DNA from: Harriotta raleighana
Taxonomy: Eukaryota
Length of the DNA stretch: 64,000 bases
Direction: 5' to 3'
NCBI GenBank assembly: GCA_050575255.1
Contig: JBNZDD010013683.1
Location: 2,659,928 to 2,723,927 of the forward strand
Shown here: positions 40,701-52,000 of the stretch, one piece after another
How the letters are laid out: each line of letters opens with the position of its first letter
Position numbering within the stretch: the stretch's first letter is position 1
Notes under the pieces: model-generated
What the model was told of the DNA's origin: nothing
The model's database searches: none
The model's input: the letters and a program-made list of their open reading frames with translations, nothing else
Program-made: the position numbers and the translations under genes

Positions 40701-41244
40701 CTGCTCCTTGCCTGATGCATACAGTATTTATGTATATTTATGCGAAGCACCAGGTTGCCACTGTTACTGGTGGGGGTGGAAACCTCCAAACAACCTCAAT
40801 GTCAGAATCTATAAGATTTGTTGGTCTCCCAGGAACGCCCGGCAAGCTGAGGAGTGGAACCTTGAAATAACATTTACTGTATTCTGTGGAATCATAGAAC
40901 GTTTGCAGTACAAAAAGAAATAATTTGGCCCACTGTGTGCTGTTGTTAGCTCCCCACTGGAATTAGCTACTATAATCCCATTCCCCCTGCTCTTCCCCAT
41001 CCCCTTTAATATTGTTGTTATTATCCTAGTGTGTGTTTTAACTGAATGGACTCCATGCTCCTTTTCTAGTGTTGATGAACACAATTTACCACATGAAACT
41101 AAACTATTGATTAATGTAACATTTGCTGCATGGCAAACCTTCTGCTGGATTTCATTGAAATCCATCAGAATTTCAGCGAAATTTCTGCGAAATGCTTCTG
41201 CTGGATTTCAGCCTCCCGTTGAACCTTGTTTGCTTTAATTATAC

Positions 41245-41390
41245 AGTCCCAGCCTTTTGAGGTCTCACCATATAACCTCTTATCCCTGTGTGATGTATTT
41301 TCTGAAATCAGGAGCTCAAACCTGGATGAAATGCTCCTAACTGCACCCTAACTAATGGATTTTACAGATTTAACATGACCTCCTTGCAGG
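41245..41390 (-). mobile_element. Degraded CR1 fragment
   Basis: GGAGCTCAAACCTGGATGAAATGCTCCTAACTGCACCCTAACTAATGGATTTTACAGATTTAACATGACCTCCTTG is the antisense of the CR1 'EVMLNLY..LVR..LE....W.P' region. Confidence 0.7.
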
Positions 41391-41529
41391 GTTTCGGTGT
41401 GGATCAGTTGGGAATACGATTGCTTTTGAAACAACAGGGAGGGGGATTAAAGTCTCACTTTAGGATTTTAGTTCTCAGTACAGGGTTCCACTTCAGTGTG
41501 GTGTTATCAGAAGTGCCGTCCTTTGGGAT

Positions 41530-41980
41530 TGGGGAGGGTGGAGGTCAGTGGGGGAATGAGGTCAAAGCATAGTCAAAGAGGAGGGCTTTATTGTGGGTCA
41601 TGAAGGAGGCAAGGGATAGGGCAAGGTGGAGGGACGGCAGGATGGAGTTCCGGAGTTTGAGGGCAGATTGGCTGAATGTCCGCCCACCATTGGTGGAGTG
41701 GGCAAGGCCAAGTGCGTGAAGCACACTGCAGCCAACCGATCGGAAGGAGCAGGCACGTTGGTGGAGGGTTAGGAGGTCGCAGAAATAGGGGGAAGCAGGC
41801 CATAGAGATCTTTGAATTTGAGGACCAGGACCTTGAACTGTATCTTCTGTGTGATGGGAAGCCAGCGGAATTGGGAGAGAATGGGGGTTGATAGGGTCAC
41901 AGAGCCTCGTATGGGAGAGGACACAAATTCTGGGTGATCTGCAGCCTGTGGAGGGAGGTGTTGTGGAGGTCCACAAGTAA
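41530..41980 (-). mobile_element. L2 LINE 3' fragment
   Basis: Minus-strand TPILSQFRWLPITQKIQFKVLVLKFKDLYGLLP and GGRTFSQSALKLRNS. Confidence 0.85.
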
Positions 41981-42816
41981 AGTGTGGCTCAACAAAATAA
42001 TTTGAGATGGAACGATGAAGAAAGCCAGGCCGATGTTTGATGATTTGCCAGCAGGCCAGCAGCATTAAATCTTATTAAAGGTTCTCACACTATTCTCCTT
42101 TCTTAAATATTAATAATCCTGAATGAATTAGCAATAGATCAGTTTCCCCTGTTCATGAACACTTCCTTGATCATTCCTCCCTCTTTGGTCCTAATCATGA
42201 TCAGATTAAAGCATGTTTGTGTCACAGCCATCAGGTTTACACTTTCTATCAGTGAATCATATATGGATTTTAGGGTTAATGAAGGCTCCAGTAAACTTTG
42301 TTAAAATATTAAACTGAATTAGCCTATCTGCTATATCGGCGGACTAAATAACTGTTTCTTTAAGTGGCTCGAAAATCCACAAGCGCTAAAAAAGCAGTGA
42401 AGCATCAACACTGTCACTGACAGCTGTACAAAAAGATGCCAAATTCAATATGTAAATACAGTCTAATACATCTGGTCTGTGGAGTCGATGACGCAAACTC
42501 TATGCCTCTGAATCGGCTTAGGTGCACCCATCCCTGAACCTCAGGTGTGAAAAGAAAACCGGACACGGATTCAACAAGCAAATTCCTTGTACTGAAAATT
42601 TCCAACCGTAATTGGCTGGTTTGCCATGCAGCAAATGTTACATTGATCATTCAGCTTTGCATTTTGGTTTAGTCTCCATCGTTGAACCAGGTCGAACCCA
42701 GGCAAGGAGAAAACCTCTGCAAGAAAGGGCGGAAATGATCAGGGACTTGGACAGCCACCTGTCCGCTGCAAACTTTCTTGGAATGTAAATATATCTGTAC
42801 AGTACTTGTTGAGATA

Positions 42817-43148
42817 TAATAATAATAATCCTTGCATTTGATATCTCTTCCAGACGTCCCAAAACACTTCACAGAATATACTGTAAAGTGATTTGACTGT
42901 GTATTTTGTGGATGAAACGCGGCAGCCATTTTGCGCACAATGATTCCCACAAACAGATGTGGATTGAAGTGACCACATTTTTTTAAAGGCATTATTACGC
43001 TCGGGAAAGCAACCTGCCAATCGACTAACAACTGGGTTCCTACTTACTGCTGGGTAAAGTGGTGTGGAGCAAGGAAACTTGCCCAATGTTTCACACTGCA
43101 GGGAATCAAACCCAGGCAAGTGCTCTAACCACTGAGCTACAGGACTCC
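42817..43148 (-). mobile_element. Full-length dominant SINE, long variant
   Basis: Minus strand starts GGAGTCCTGTAGCTCAGTGGTTAGAGCAC and carries an extra ~50-nt segment (TTTACCCAGCAGTAAGTAGGAACCCAGTTGTTAGTCGATTGGCAG); (ATT)n tail. Confidence 0.9.
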
Positions 43149-43759
43149 TAAGGATGGTCATGTGCAGCCTTATTTAGGCATAGGCTTAATTGGACCTAAT
43201 TTTGAATTATTGCTATTGTCACATCGGGAGTCAATTTTGTGTTGTTTGATTGCAGGATTCATCTAGGAATAATCACAAACAAATCAAATGACCTGTTAGA
43301 ACCTATGATTATTGGTGTAGTGGGGGGTACAATATATTCCCATATCACTTAAAAACCTTCCTTTGTGAATTAAATTTTTCACAGTTTGGCATAAAAATAA
43401 GAAGCAAAGTAAAGTATTTCGTAATGGCATTTTATCAATGGTCTAAGTAAAACAGGTTTAGCAACTGGCTTCAATCTGAACTGGGCAAATCAGTCAGATT
43501 TAAAAGTTGCACAGAATCGAGCTTTTAGATCAGATTCTTTATTAACAATTTTAAAAATTAAATAATTTTGTTTGAATGGGGCACCAATTTGCGCACAACA
43601 CAGACCCACTAAGAGCCAGTATGTGACTGACCAATGTTATCTCAGGCATTGTCAGCTGTGCCATTGGAAGAAACTTTGTATTGCTGTCAAATGTTCCAAC
43701 TCTTCATTGGGAATTGAAGAGCTTTTGTTTTGTGAGATAAAGTGAATATATACAGTATA

Positions 43760-44030
43760 TATAATAATCCTTGCATTTGATATAGCGTTTTTTACGTCTT
43801 ATCAAGGTGCNTAGTATATATAATAATAATCCTTGCATTTGATATAGCGTTTTTTACGTCTTATCAAGGTGCTTCACAGAATATACTGTAAAGTGAATTG
43901 ACTGTATATTTGTGGGCGAAATGCAGCAGCCAATTGTGCACAGCAGTGTTCCAAGATTTCGCTCTGATCTGCCTGGATTCGAACACAGGGCTCACGCTTG
44001 TAAAGCGAGTGCTCTAACCATTGAGCTACA
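43760..44030 (-). mobile_element. Dominant SINE with internal deletion; tail duplicated across an N
   Basis: Head with intact B box GTTCGAATCC joined directly to ACACTGCTGTGCACAATTGGCTGC; N at 43811. Confidence 0.88.
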
Positions 44031-44035
44031 CACAT

Positions 44036-44066
<31 letters not shown>

Positions 44067-44074
44067 ATATATAT
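44029..44074. repeat. (CA)n/(TA)n compound microsatellite
   Basis: CACACATACACACACACACACACACACATATATATATAATATATAT. Confidence 0.9.
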
Positions 44075-46953
44075 GTGTCAAAGTTTGAGATGTGCTATTG
44101 CAGTAAAGCACATTTCAATGTGCTTTGGAACAAATCCTTCCTCTGTGCGATCAGTAATTGTTTTACCTGAGCACAACTATGCACATTAAAAAATCCACCT
44201 ACGTTCATTAGATGCTGGCAAGAAAGATATTCTCCTCAGCAGAACGCTACTCTCTTGAGAAAAAAATTGTGATCTTCATAAAAGAAGAATCAATCATTCG
44301 GAGAAGACGAATAGTCGTTGCCTGAATACAGGTCTGTGCACAATAAAAAGTCATCAGTTCATGAAAAGGTTAGAATAAAGTAATGACATTTCAGAGCTGA
44401 CAGCGTTTAGTGAACAAAAACAGTGATCAACACAACAGAATGATACCAAGATGGAAGGTGTAATGATGAACACAAGTGGGTTTGTGGCACAGCAAGCTAG
44501 TTTGGTAAGTACTGGAAAATAAAATGTGTTATCTGTATGTACATGATAAGCAATATTGTACTTTGTTAAATGTCGACTCGAGGAATGAAGCCTCCATGGC
44601 AGTTTATTTCCAGCACACTTTGTGACCCAAGTGACAAACAGGGTGAAATGCTATGCCCTACATACAATCACAATTAGTACTGTTAAACTGAGGTCATAAA
44701 ATTTATTTAACGGCTGTTAGCTCCCAATACTCCCTCCCTCCAGTTATTTTATGTAACTAACCTTCATTCTAGTGGCTGAGGCTGTATGGAGGTGGATTTT
44801 AATTAAATTCTGAAGCAGCTGGCTTCGAGACAAGTGGCTCTTTAATAAAGGTAATCGGGATGACTGATTTCACTGTACTCCTTCTACCACATTTAACATT
44901 TATAGAAAAGGAACTCAATAAGACTTCAGTGACCCCCACCCCATGTGTGGTACCCGCTCCTAATTCATTTATCTTTCTCTAGCCCTAAGCAAACGTCTTT
45001 TTATCTAAATAGCCATGTCTTTTCTTTTAATCCACTCCATCTTGCAATTTCCTGTTCTTTTCACCTTTCACCCTTACTTTCTATCTGTTTCTTTCTCTAT
45101 CTTTCCTCCATTCTCTTTCAAGTGTATCTCCCCTCCTCACCCCACCACCACACATTTTTGTGAAGAGTGGCGTTTATTCAGTTCTGCGGAAAGGATGGCC
45201 GAAGAGTTGTTTTATCTTGTTGTTGAATGCTTGTGTTGAGGGTGTGATTGGGAGGGTGTGATTGCCAAGCTTGTGTCTGAGCTTGTCCAACCAGAAGTTT
45301 CGATGATAGTTTAGTGGAATGCACTTTTCCTTTAAGTTCTTCCACATTAAATGAACATAAAAGGAATGTTAGCTTGACATGGGGTATGCGGGTCGGAGAC
45401 CTGATTGAGGAGAGGAAGTGTTTATGTATTGAACAGTGCCTCTTAAACAATAAACACTTTGGTCCCAGATAAATGAGTCTGAATTAAAATTTTGGCTTTG
45501 TTCCATTTGCCCGGGACAGCTATGATCAATCAATCCATAAGTAAAGTCTAATTGAATTTTGCTATTTTTTTAAGAAACGTATCTTCCAAGCTGAACTGAT
45601 TTTGTTTTACTTTCCTTTCGGAATTTGCCTTTCAGTGAGTAATATAGAATTAAAATATACAAATTACTGAACCGTACAGCTTTGAAGTCCAAAATGCATT
45701 AACCCAGAAACAGGTTCACGTGTGAGTTGCGGACTGGTTGCTACTCTTCCCGCTTCAAAGCCGGTTAATGGAATGTTTCTGCTGGAAGTGAAGAGAAATG
45801 CTTCCAACAGCAGAGCAATCCGGAGCAGAAAGTCAGACAGACTGACAAACCCTCCCGATAGATTGGCTAAAATTGGGGAAGCTGTGCCCTGCTGTTTCTC
45901 AATGTTACATGTCAATGAAAAATGGGCTCTGTCTCTAGTTTGCCAAATGAGTGGTGTTGTGCCACCTGCAGTGGACAGAGACATGTTGAGCAGTCTTTAT
46001 TTGCAACCTTGCCTCATAATAAGGAATACAATCAGCACGTTATTCCTTCCATATAACAGCACAATGCTGTGCTGAGCAGATCACGACTGTTTTTGCTGGA
46101 TTGGTTAAATGGAGTTGTCGAATGGATTCAACCTGGGAAAATAAATGCAGAAAATAAATACCAGAATTTTCAGGTGCAAATGATTATCTACAAGATATCC
46201 AAATATTGTTGTAAGAAACATTCAGTACTATCCATTGAGCGTCCCTGTGAGTGTTTGGGAGGAGCTCTGCTGGTTGTCTGGATACTGGGTCTTTCATGGA
46301 GCTAACCAACAAGGGTTGAGAACTTTCAAACTGGTTATCAAGCGATACAGAGTGAACCTGCATAGAAAGGCTTCTCTCCAACCTAAACAAGTGACTTTCA
46401 TGTCGGAAGGCGACGTTAAAGTACGCCTTTAAGGTACACCATCATAGCTGACTAGGAGCCTTATTTGAGGAGGGAAAGAGTGGCGGGGGGGGTGGGGGGC
46501 TAGTTCAGGCCAAAAGTACTGTATAAACAAAGAGATGAGTCTAAAGGTGGGGTTTGATGGCAGGTTGGGAGCAAGACTCCATCCTATTTGGAATCCCTAA
46601 CTTGAGGCTCCAACTCTGTCATTTATTGATTATATCTGTTGCTTGCACTATTTATTCAACTATATATACTGTATTTCATATAACAGCATGAAGAAAATGC
46701 TTTGAAAAAAATACTCCTGTTTCTGTATGAGATTACCATAGCACCTCATTTTTGGTGGTTACCACATGGTTGGAGGGTAGAATTACTGCCGCAAGTTTGT
46801 ATTTGAGAAATACAGTGGAGATTAGATTAGTTTTGTTGCCCATTTAAAGTCTTCTTCTAGGCCTCCCACCAGGGCTATGAGCAAAATCAATCACTCAATA
46901 TTATAAAAGACATCATAATGACCTTTAATTAACCTGATTAGCTGCAGAGATTC

Positions 46954-47268
46954 GAGTCCTGCAGCTCAGTGGTTAGAGCACTCGCCTTCCAAGTGTGAGA
47001 CCTATGTTTCAAATCCAGGCAGGTCAGGGCGAAACCTTAGGCACGTTTCCTTACTCTACACACCTAATAGTAATCCGTCCAAACAAAACAATATCAAATT
47101 GGTCATTTCAATCCATGACTGTTTGTGGGACACTGCTGTGTGCAATTGACTGCCATATTTCGTCCACAAATATACAGTCAATTCACTTTACAGTATATTC
47201 TGTGAAGTGCTTTGAGACATCTGGAAGACGTAAAAAGTGCTATATCAAATGCAAGGATTATTATTATT
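46954..47268 (+). mobile_element. Full-length dominant SINE, short variant
   Basis: GAGTCCTGCAGCTCAGTGGTTAGAGCACTCGCC...TTCAAATCCAGGCAG...CAAATGCAAGGATTATTATTATT. Confidence 0.92.
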
Positions 47269-47457
47269 GAATTCAGATTCCTTTTACAAATTTGGAGCTG
47301 CTCTGAATATAAATGGACTTTCTGAATGGTATGAATTTATTGACTAGAATATCGATAATACTGGAGAGTTTTTTTTCTTCAAAAAGCTCCACATTCTTAG
47401 GACTATTAAAAATAAACCAAAGTAAATGGCTTCAAATTGGGGATGGTGTAAAACTTT

Positions 47458-47522
47458 AAGCGCTCTGAGACGCCATCCGGTGTGGAGGGCGCTATATAAA
47501 TCGATGTTGTTGTTGTTGTTGT
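47458..47522 (+). mobile_element. L2-type 3' tail with (GTT)n
   Basis: AAGCGCTCTGAGACGCCATCCGGTGTGGAGGGCGCTATATAAATCGAT(GTT)n; same family as 59893-60060. Confidence 0.75.
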
Positions 47523-48514
47523 AAATAGTGTTTTTTTGCATCTCTGCTTACCATCTGTCCTGAGATTTACTGCTGTGCATATGTTTATAGTTCAAAGCGC
47601 AATCTGACGCACAGAGTGGTTTAAACATGCAATGCAATCGAATGCTGGAGAAGTTAATTGAGATGTGAATAGTGCAATGCAGTTCAATGTGTCTGCAAAC
47701 TGATTTCTATAACAAATCCGCAATTGTGACCCTTTTAAACTGAACCATGCTCGTAACAGGTTTACTCTTAAGGCCATATATATGACCCCTTTAGAGAACT
47801 TGATTTATTTGAAAAAAACTTGTTCTACATTATTTGGTAACTAGAAAGCGCATATCGTAAAAGCCAGCGCACAAAAAAAAACATAAATCTATCAACATTT
47901 GCTGAGAATCTAATACATGTGTTTATAATAAGGAGCTGTTGTTCTTAGAATATGCTTTTGATTGCAACTGAGCAAGATTAAAAAAAAACCCACTGTGTTA
48001 GACTTGCAATTGCTGAACAAAGTAGTTACTAGTCTGAGGAAATTGAAATTCACAATTTATAAATCTCAAACAGAGTCTTACTGCGCAAAAGAACCAACTC
48101 TTAATTTGCAAAATGACCCCAAAAATGAAAGGAGTTATTTTTACTAGGCCCGATTGATAAAAGCTCAGAGCCTGCTTGTCAATGGCCAGAGCCCTTTTTA
48201 CATGACCAGAGGGAGGCAGGCACAGTGTTGAATTTTGCCTGCAGTCGATGATCTGTGAATGACCCACAGTCCCTCAATGACGTGAGAAAAGCCCCCAAAG
48301 GGAGCTGGTGAGTCAGAAAAAGGAGGCAAAGAGATTGCTTCAACAACCATTAGTACGTCATTGGTAATCCCAGCGACACCTTTCACATCCATGGCATTTG
48401 TCTCCATGTACTCTACTGAAGAGTGATTGCATGTTTTATTTAAAGGATTTCTCTGAGTGTTCTTGGGACAAGCGTATATATACATTATATATAAATCTAT
48501 ATATACATACACAG

Positions 48515-48879
48515 TAATAATGATAATAATAATCATCCTTGCATTTGATATAGTGCTTTTCATGACTTCTAGATGTCTCAATGCGCTTCGCAGAATATAT
48601 TTTAAAGTGTATTGACTGTATATTTATGGGCGAAACACAGCACTGCACGCAACAGTGTCCCACAAGCAGTCGTGGATTGAGTGGCCAAATAATTATTGTT
48701 TTTTTTAAGGTTTATTATCCCCTGGAAAAGCGCTCTGCCAGTTGACTAACAGCTGAGTTCCTACGTAGGTAAACAGAGGCATGTTGAGTAAGGAAACTTG
48801 CCCAACATTTTGCTCTGCCGGGAATCAAATCCAGGTCTCTTGCTTGGCAAGTGCTCGAACCACTGAGCTAAAGGACTCC
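48515..48879 (-). mobile_element. Full-length dominant SINE, long variant
   Basis: Head ends ...CACTGAGCTAAAGGACTCC; shares the extra internal segment with the 42817 copy (CTGCCAGTTGACTAACAGCTGAGTTCCTAC). Confidence 0.9.
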
Positions 48880-49686
48880 ACATAGTTTTAAAAGTTACCA
48901 TAAAATGATATGAGAACTTTTGATGATCAATATCAACAAGATTACAGGGTATTTATAACCTATGGTACAGAAGTAAAAGATTCTACCAGTACCTCATCCA
49001 TGTAACCTGCACTTCTAATTTCAAAACTTCATCCCAAACTGCAATGGACCTAACTGCTACATCTACAAACATATTAACGTGTAGCATTGCACGTAATGTT
49101 ATTTTTAATCTATGCACTGTGCATTAGTCAATTATGTATTACACACAATTAATGCATGTTGCTTAATGCTTAAGAATCTTGAATTAAATTTCATAGAATG
49201 TAAAAGTTCAATTTAGGAATGAAACCTACATCATCTGTGATTCACCCAAATAAATCTTTAATTTTTTTCCTAGAGTTATACCAAAGTTGCTTTAAGATTT
49301 TAAAAGCTTTTAACGCTTTCTTTCAACCAAGTCACTACATTTGCAAATTTTGCTTTGTTTGGTAAACAATTCACGATTATACAGTACTATCATTTTTATT
49401 GAAATGTATCAGCTTCACATGCATTTCAATGCACAGAATTAATTAATCTTTGGGTCAAACTTGAAAGGGGTGATAATGCAAACACCATCCAGATGAATTA
49501 TGTTGAACCTAATGCCTTGTTTATCCTGCTGGAAGTGAAGCAAAATTCCTTCTAGCAGTTGAGTGTTTCAGAGCTGAACCACATTTAAACTTCCCTCTAT
49601 TAACCATGATGTCTGAGTTCAGAGGAGAACTCTGCACACATGGATACACATTCGCACATGTGCTGAATTCCATACTTAATGCTGTC

Positions 49687-49905
49687 CCAGCACCTTGGGA
49701 CGTACGCCTGACATGAAAGGCCCTATACAAGTGAAATTTTGTTGATGTTGTTATATTGTAAACTGCAGAATGGCTGGCTCTTTACAATTTAATAAAAATG
49801 GATCTCTTAAAGGCTTTGGCCAACTGAAAAACATCTGAAGGGACCACCGCCTTGGGAAGATCCTCGTGACATGGAAGGCTCCATACAAATGTAATTTTGT
49901 GCTGT
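49687..49905 (+). mobile_element. Two short L2-type tails (about 49687-49752 and 49845-49905)
   Basis: CAGCACCTTGGGACGTACGCCTGACATGAAAGGCCCTATACAAGTGAAATTTTGTTG and CCGCCTTGGGAAGATCCTCGTGACATGGAAGGCTCCATACAAATGTAATTTTGT. Confidence 0.7.
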
Positions 49906-50347
49906 TCCATGTTTTTCAGTGGAGCCTGAATAGATACACATCTGCTTTGTTTATACTGCAGCCAGATTCCAGTATGAATTGTGGGATTGCACTTTTTAAA
50001 CACACACTTACATTTTTTTGGCAGTGACTCCCCCCCCCCCACCCCCCTCCCCCCCAATAACAATACAACACCAATAACAGCAAATTGCAGTGTCCAGCGT
50101 TTTTCACTTAGGGAGCACATCCCAAGGCACTGGCATGGGTCACAATCACAGAGACTTGCTCTGCACAGTGTATATACAGGCTGGCGCTGAAGAAAAGGTT
50201 TGGTTATCCAAAATAGTTGAATACCATCAAATAGTTTTTCTTACAAATCCAGCCAAAGAAAATGTCTAAAATCCATACAGTAAAGGAATGACTTTCAGAT
50301 ATTCATATTTTAAACTGTAGGCAAAAGTGTAGGTTGGAATCTGCTGA

Positions 50348-50410
50348 ATAATAATAATGATCCTTGCTTTTGATATAGCGCCTTATCACATCTTCGAGAC
50401 ATTTCAACAT
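50348..50410 (-). mobile_element. Dominant SINE tail
   Basis: ATAATAATAATGATCCTTGCTTTTGATATAGCGCCTTATCACATCTTCGAGACATTTCAA. Confidence 0.8.
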
Positions 50411-51722
50411 GCAGTTTGTGCATGTGTATGTATGCATATCTTGAAAGCTGTGCCATACTTCGGATGTCAGGTCCCCTGATACTGAATTGGTGTGTAAGAT
50501 GGAGGAATGTCAAAAGTAGGGAAAAGATTCTTCTTTTCAAAAATAAAACAAATTAAAAAAAGAAAAAAATTCAATGTCACTTCCTAAATACATTGAGTGA
50601 CCTCGGAGGGAAAGAGTTAAGAGGAAAGAGAAGCCTACTGATGTTTGACGATGACAACAACAACGGCAACATTTGACTTATGACAGCTCATTCCTTACAC
50701 CTTTATCATCAATGTACGTCACTGGGCTTTGCACTATATGTTGATGTATTACAATACAATGCATGGTGACAGAATGTTGTGCTGCTGCTTTTTTTTTGCA
50801 AGAATGTCAAATCTTCTCTTCCAGATTTTCCAATAAATAGGTTATCAATCAATTCACGTTAACAGCAGATTTGAAAAGCGGACTTGTGTTTTCCGAACGA
50901 GCAAACATATTTCCAGTGGGGTCTGCTCCTAACAAGCCCAAGTAGTGTTACATTCCTCTTTATAAACTGCTCCCGTCGAACTTACTCTGAGCCGCACTTC
51001 CATTGGGAGTGAAAATCAGAATGCTAGTCCATTGCTTTGCTTGAGCAGCTGTAGAATTTACCTAGCACGTCAATGGAAATTGGTGGCTTTATTCAAAAAA
51101 GTGTTTGATCTTTCCCTTCACACGGATGTTTATTTTGAACATGAAGGATCCTCTATAGGGAAATACTTCTAATGCAGAGCACTCTTCTTTCTCCTTTTGG
51201 TCGTACAAACAATCAAAATCTCCTACTTGCAAGAAATAATCACAATAGACTAGTGCTGGGCACTCTTGGGCTCTGTGAATCTCTCTATTGATTGGATGAG
51301 GTTCAGTTTGCTATCACTTTTGTTTCTGCAAGTTGATGCCAAGCTAGAAATCAGCAAATAATTGCAGCGAATGTGAGTGTTGCTGCAGAACTTTTTTTTG
51401 TTGCTCTATTCAGTCTATGACTGAATGTCCGTAGTCCTTACGTATCCAACATGAAGCAGCAGATGAAATGAACTTGTGCTTAATAGGCAGGGTCCGTTAT
51501 GTGATGTGTATGAATCTTTGCGTGGAGGCAATGGCCTGTTTATGACATCAGTCTCTCTTAGCAGGTGTGGGGAGCTCGAGGCGAGTGGTTGCTGAACAAT
51601 GTTATACTGTAGGTGATGTGATAGATGATATGAGCCATTGTTAATCAGTCTGCTCCTCTCCATGATGGGAGACTGCTAACAGGTGGAGATGGAATGAGGT
51701 ATTGTTTATCAGTCTGGTCGCT

Positions 51723-51740
51723 GTGGCTGACGTCAGCCAC
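51723..51740. promoter_or_regulatory. Perfect 18-bp palindrome centred on a full CRE (TGACGTCA)
   Basis: GTGGCTGACGTCAGCCAC equals its own reverse complement. The sequence is certain; the function is inferred. Confidence 0.5.
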
Positions 51741-51796
51741 TTGCAAAGCAAGGAATTGATAATAATTGAGTTACCAAAAATGGGGCGAATCGACAC

Positions 51797-52000
51797 AAAC
51801 ATAAGAATAAGGAGCCAGAGTAGGCCATTCGGCCCCTCGAGCCTGCCTCACTATTCAATAAGATCATGGCTGATCTCCTAATCTAACTCTACTTGCCCAC
51901 CTTATCCCCATATCCCTTAATCCCTTTATCCATAAGAAATCTATCAATCTCAATCTTGAATATGTTCAAGGACTGAGCGTCTACAGCTTTTTGAGGTAGA
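51797..52000 (-). mobile_element. CR1 LINE 3' end (shark-type tail)
   Basis: Minus-strand LPQKAVDAQSLNIFKIEIDRFLMDKGIKGYG; 3' UTR ATCAGCCATGATCTTATTGAAT...GGCTCGAGGGGCCGAATGGCCTACTC...TTCTTATGTT. Confidence 0.9.

Noticed and set aside
45664-46075. Overlapping 106-aa and 117-aa ORFs on opposite strands
   Set aside because: No recognisable domain or convincing exon structure; the lengths are compatible with chance in a slightly GC-richer block.
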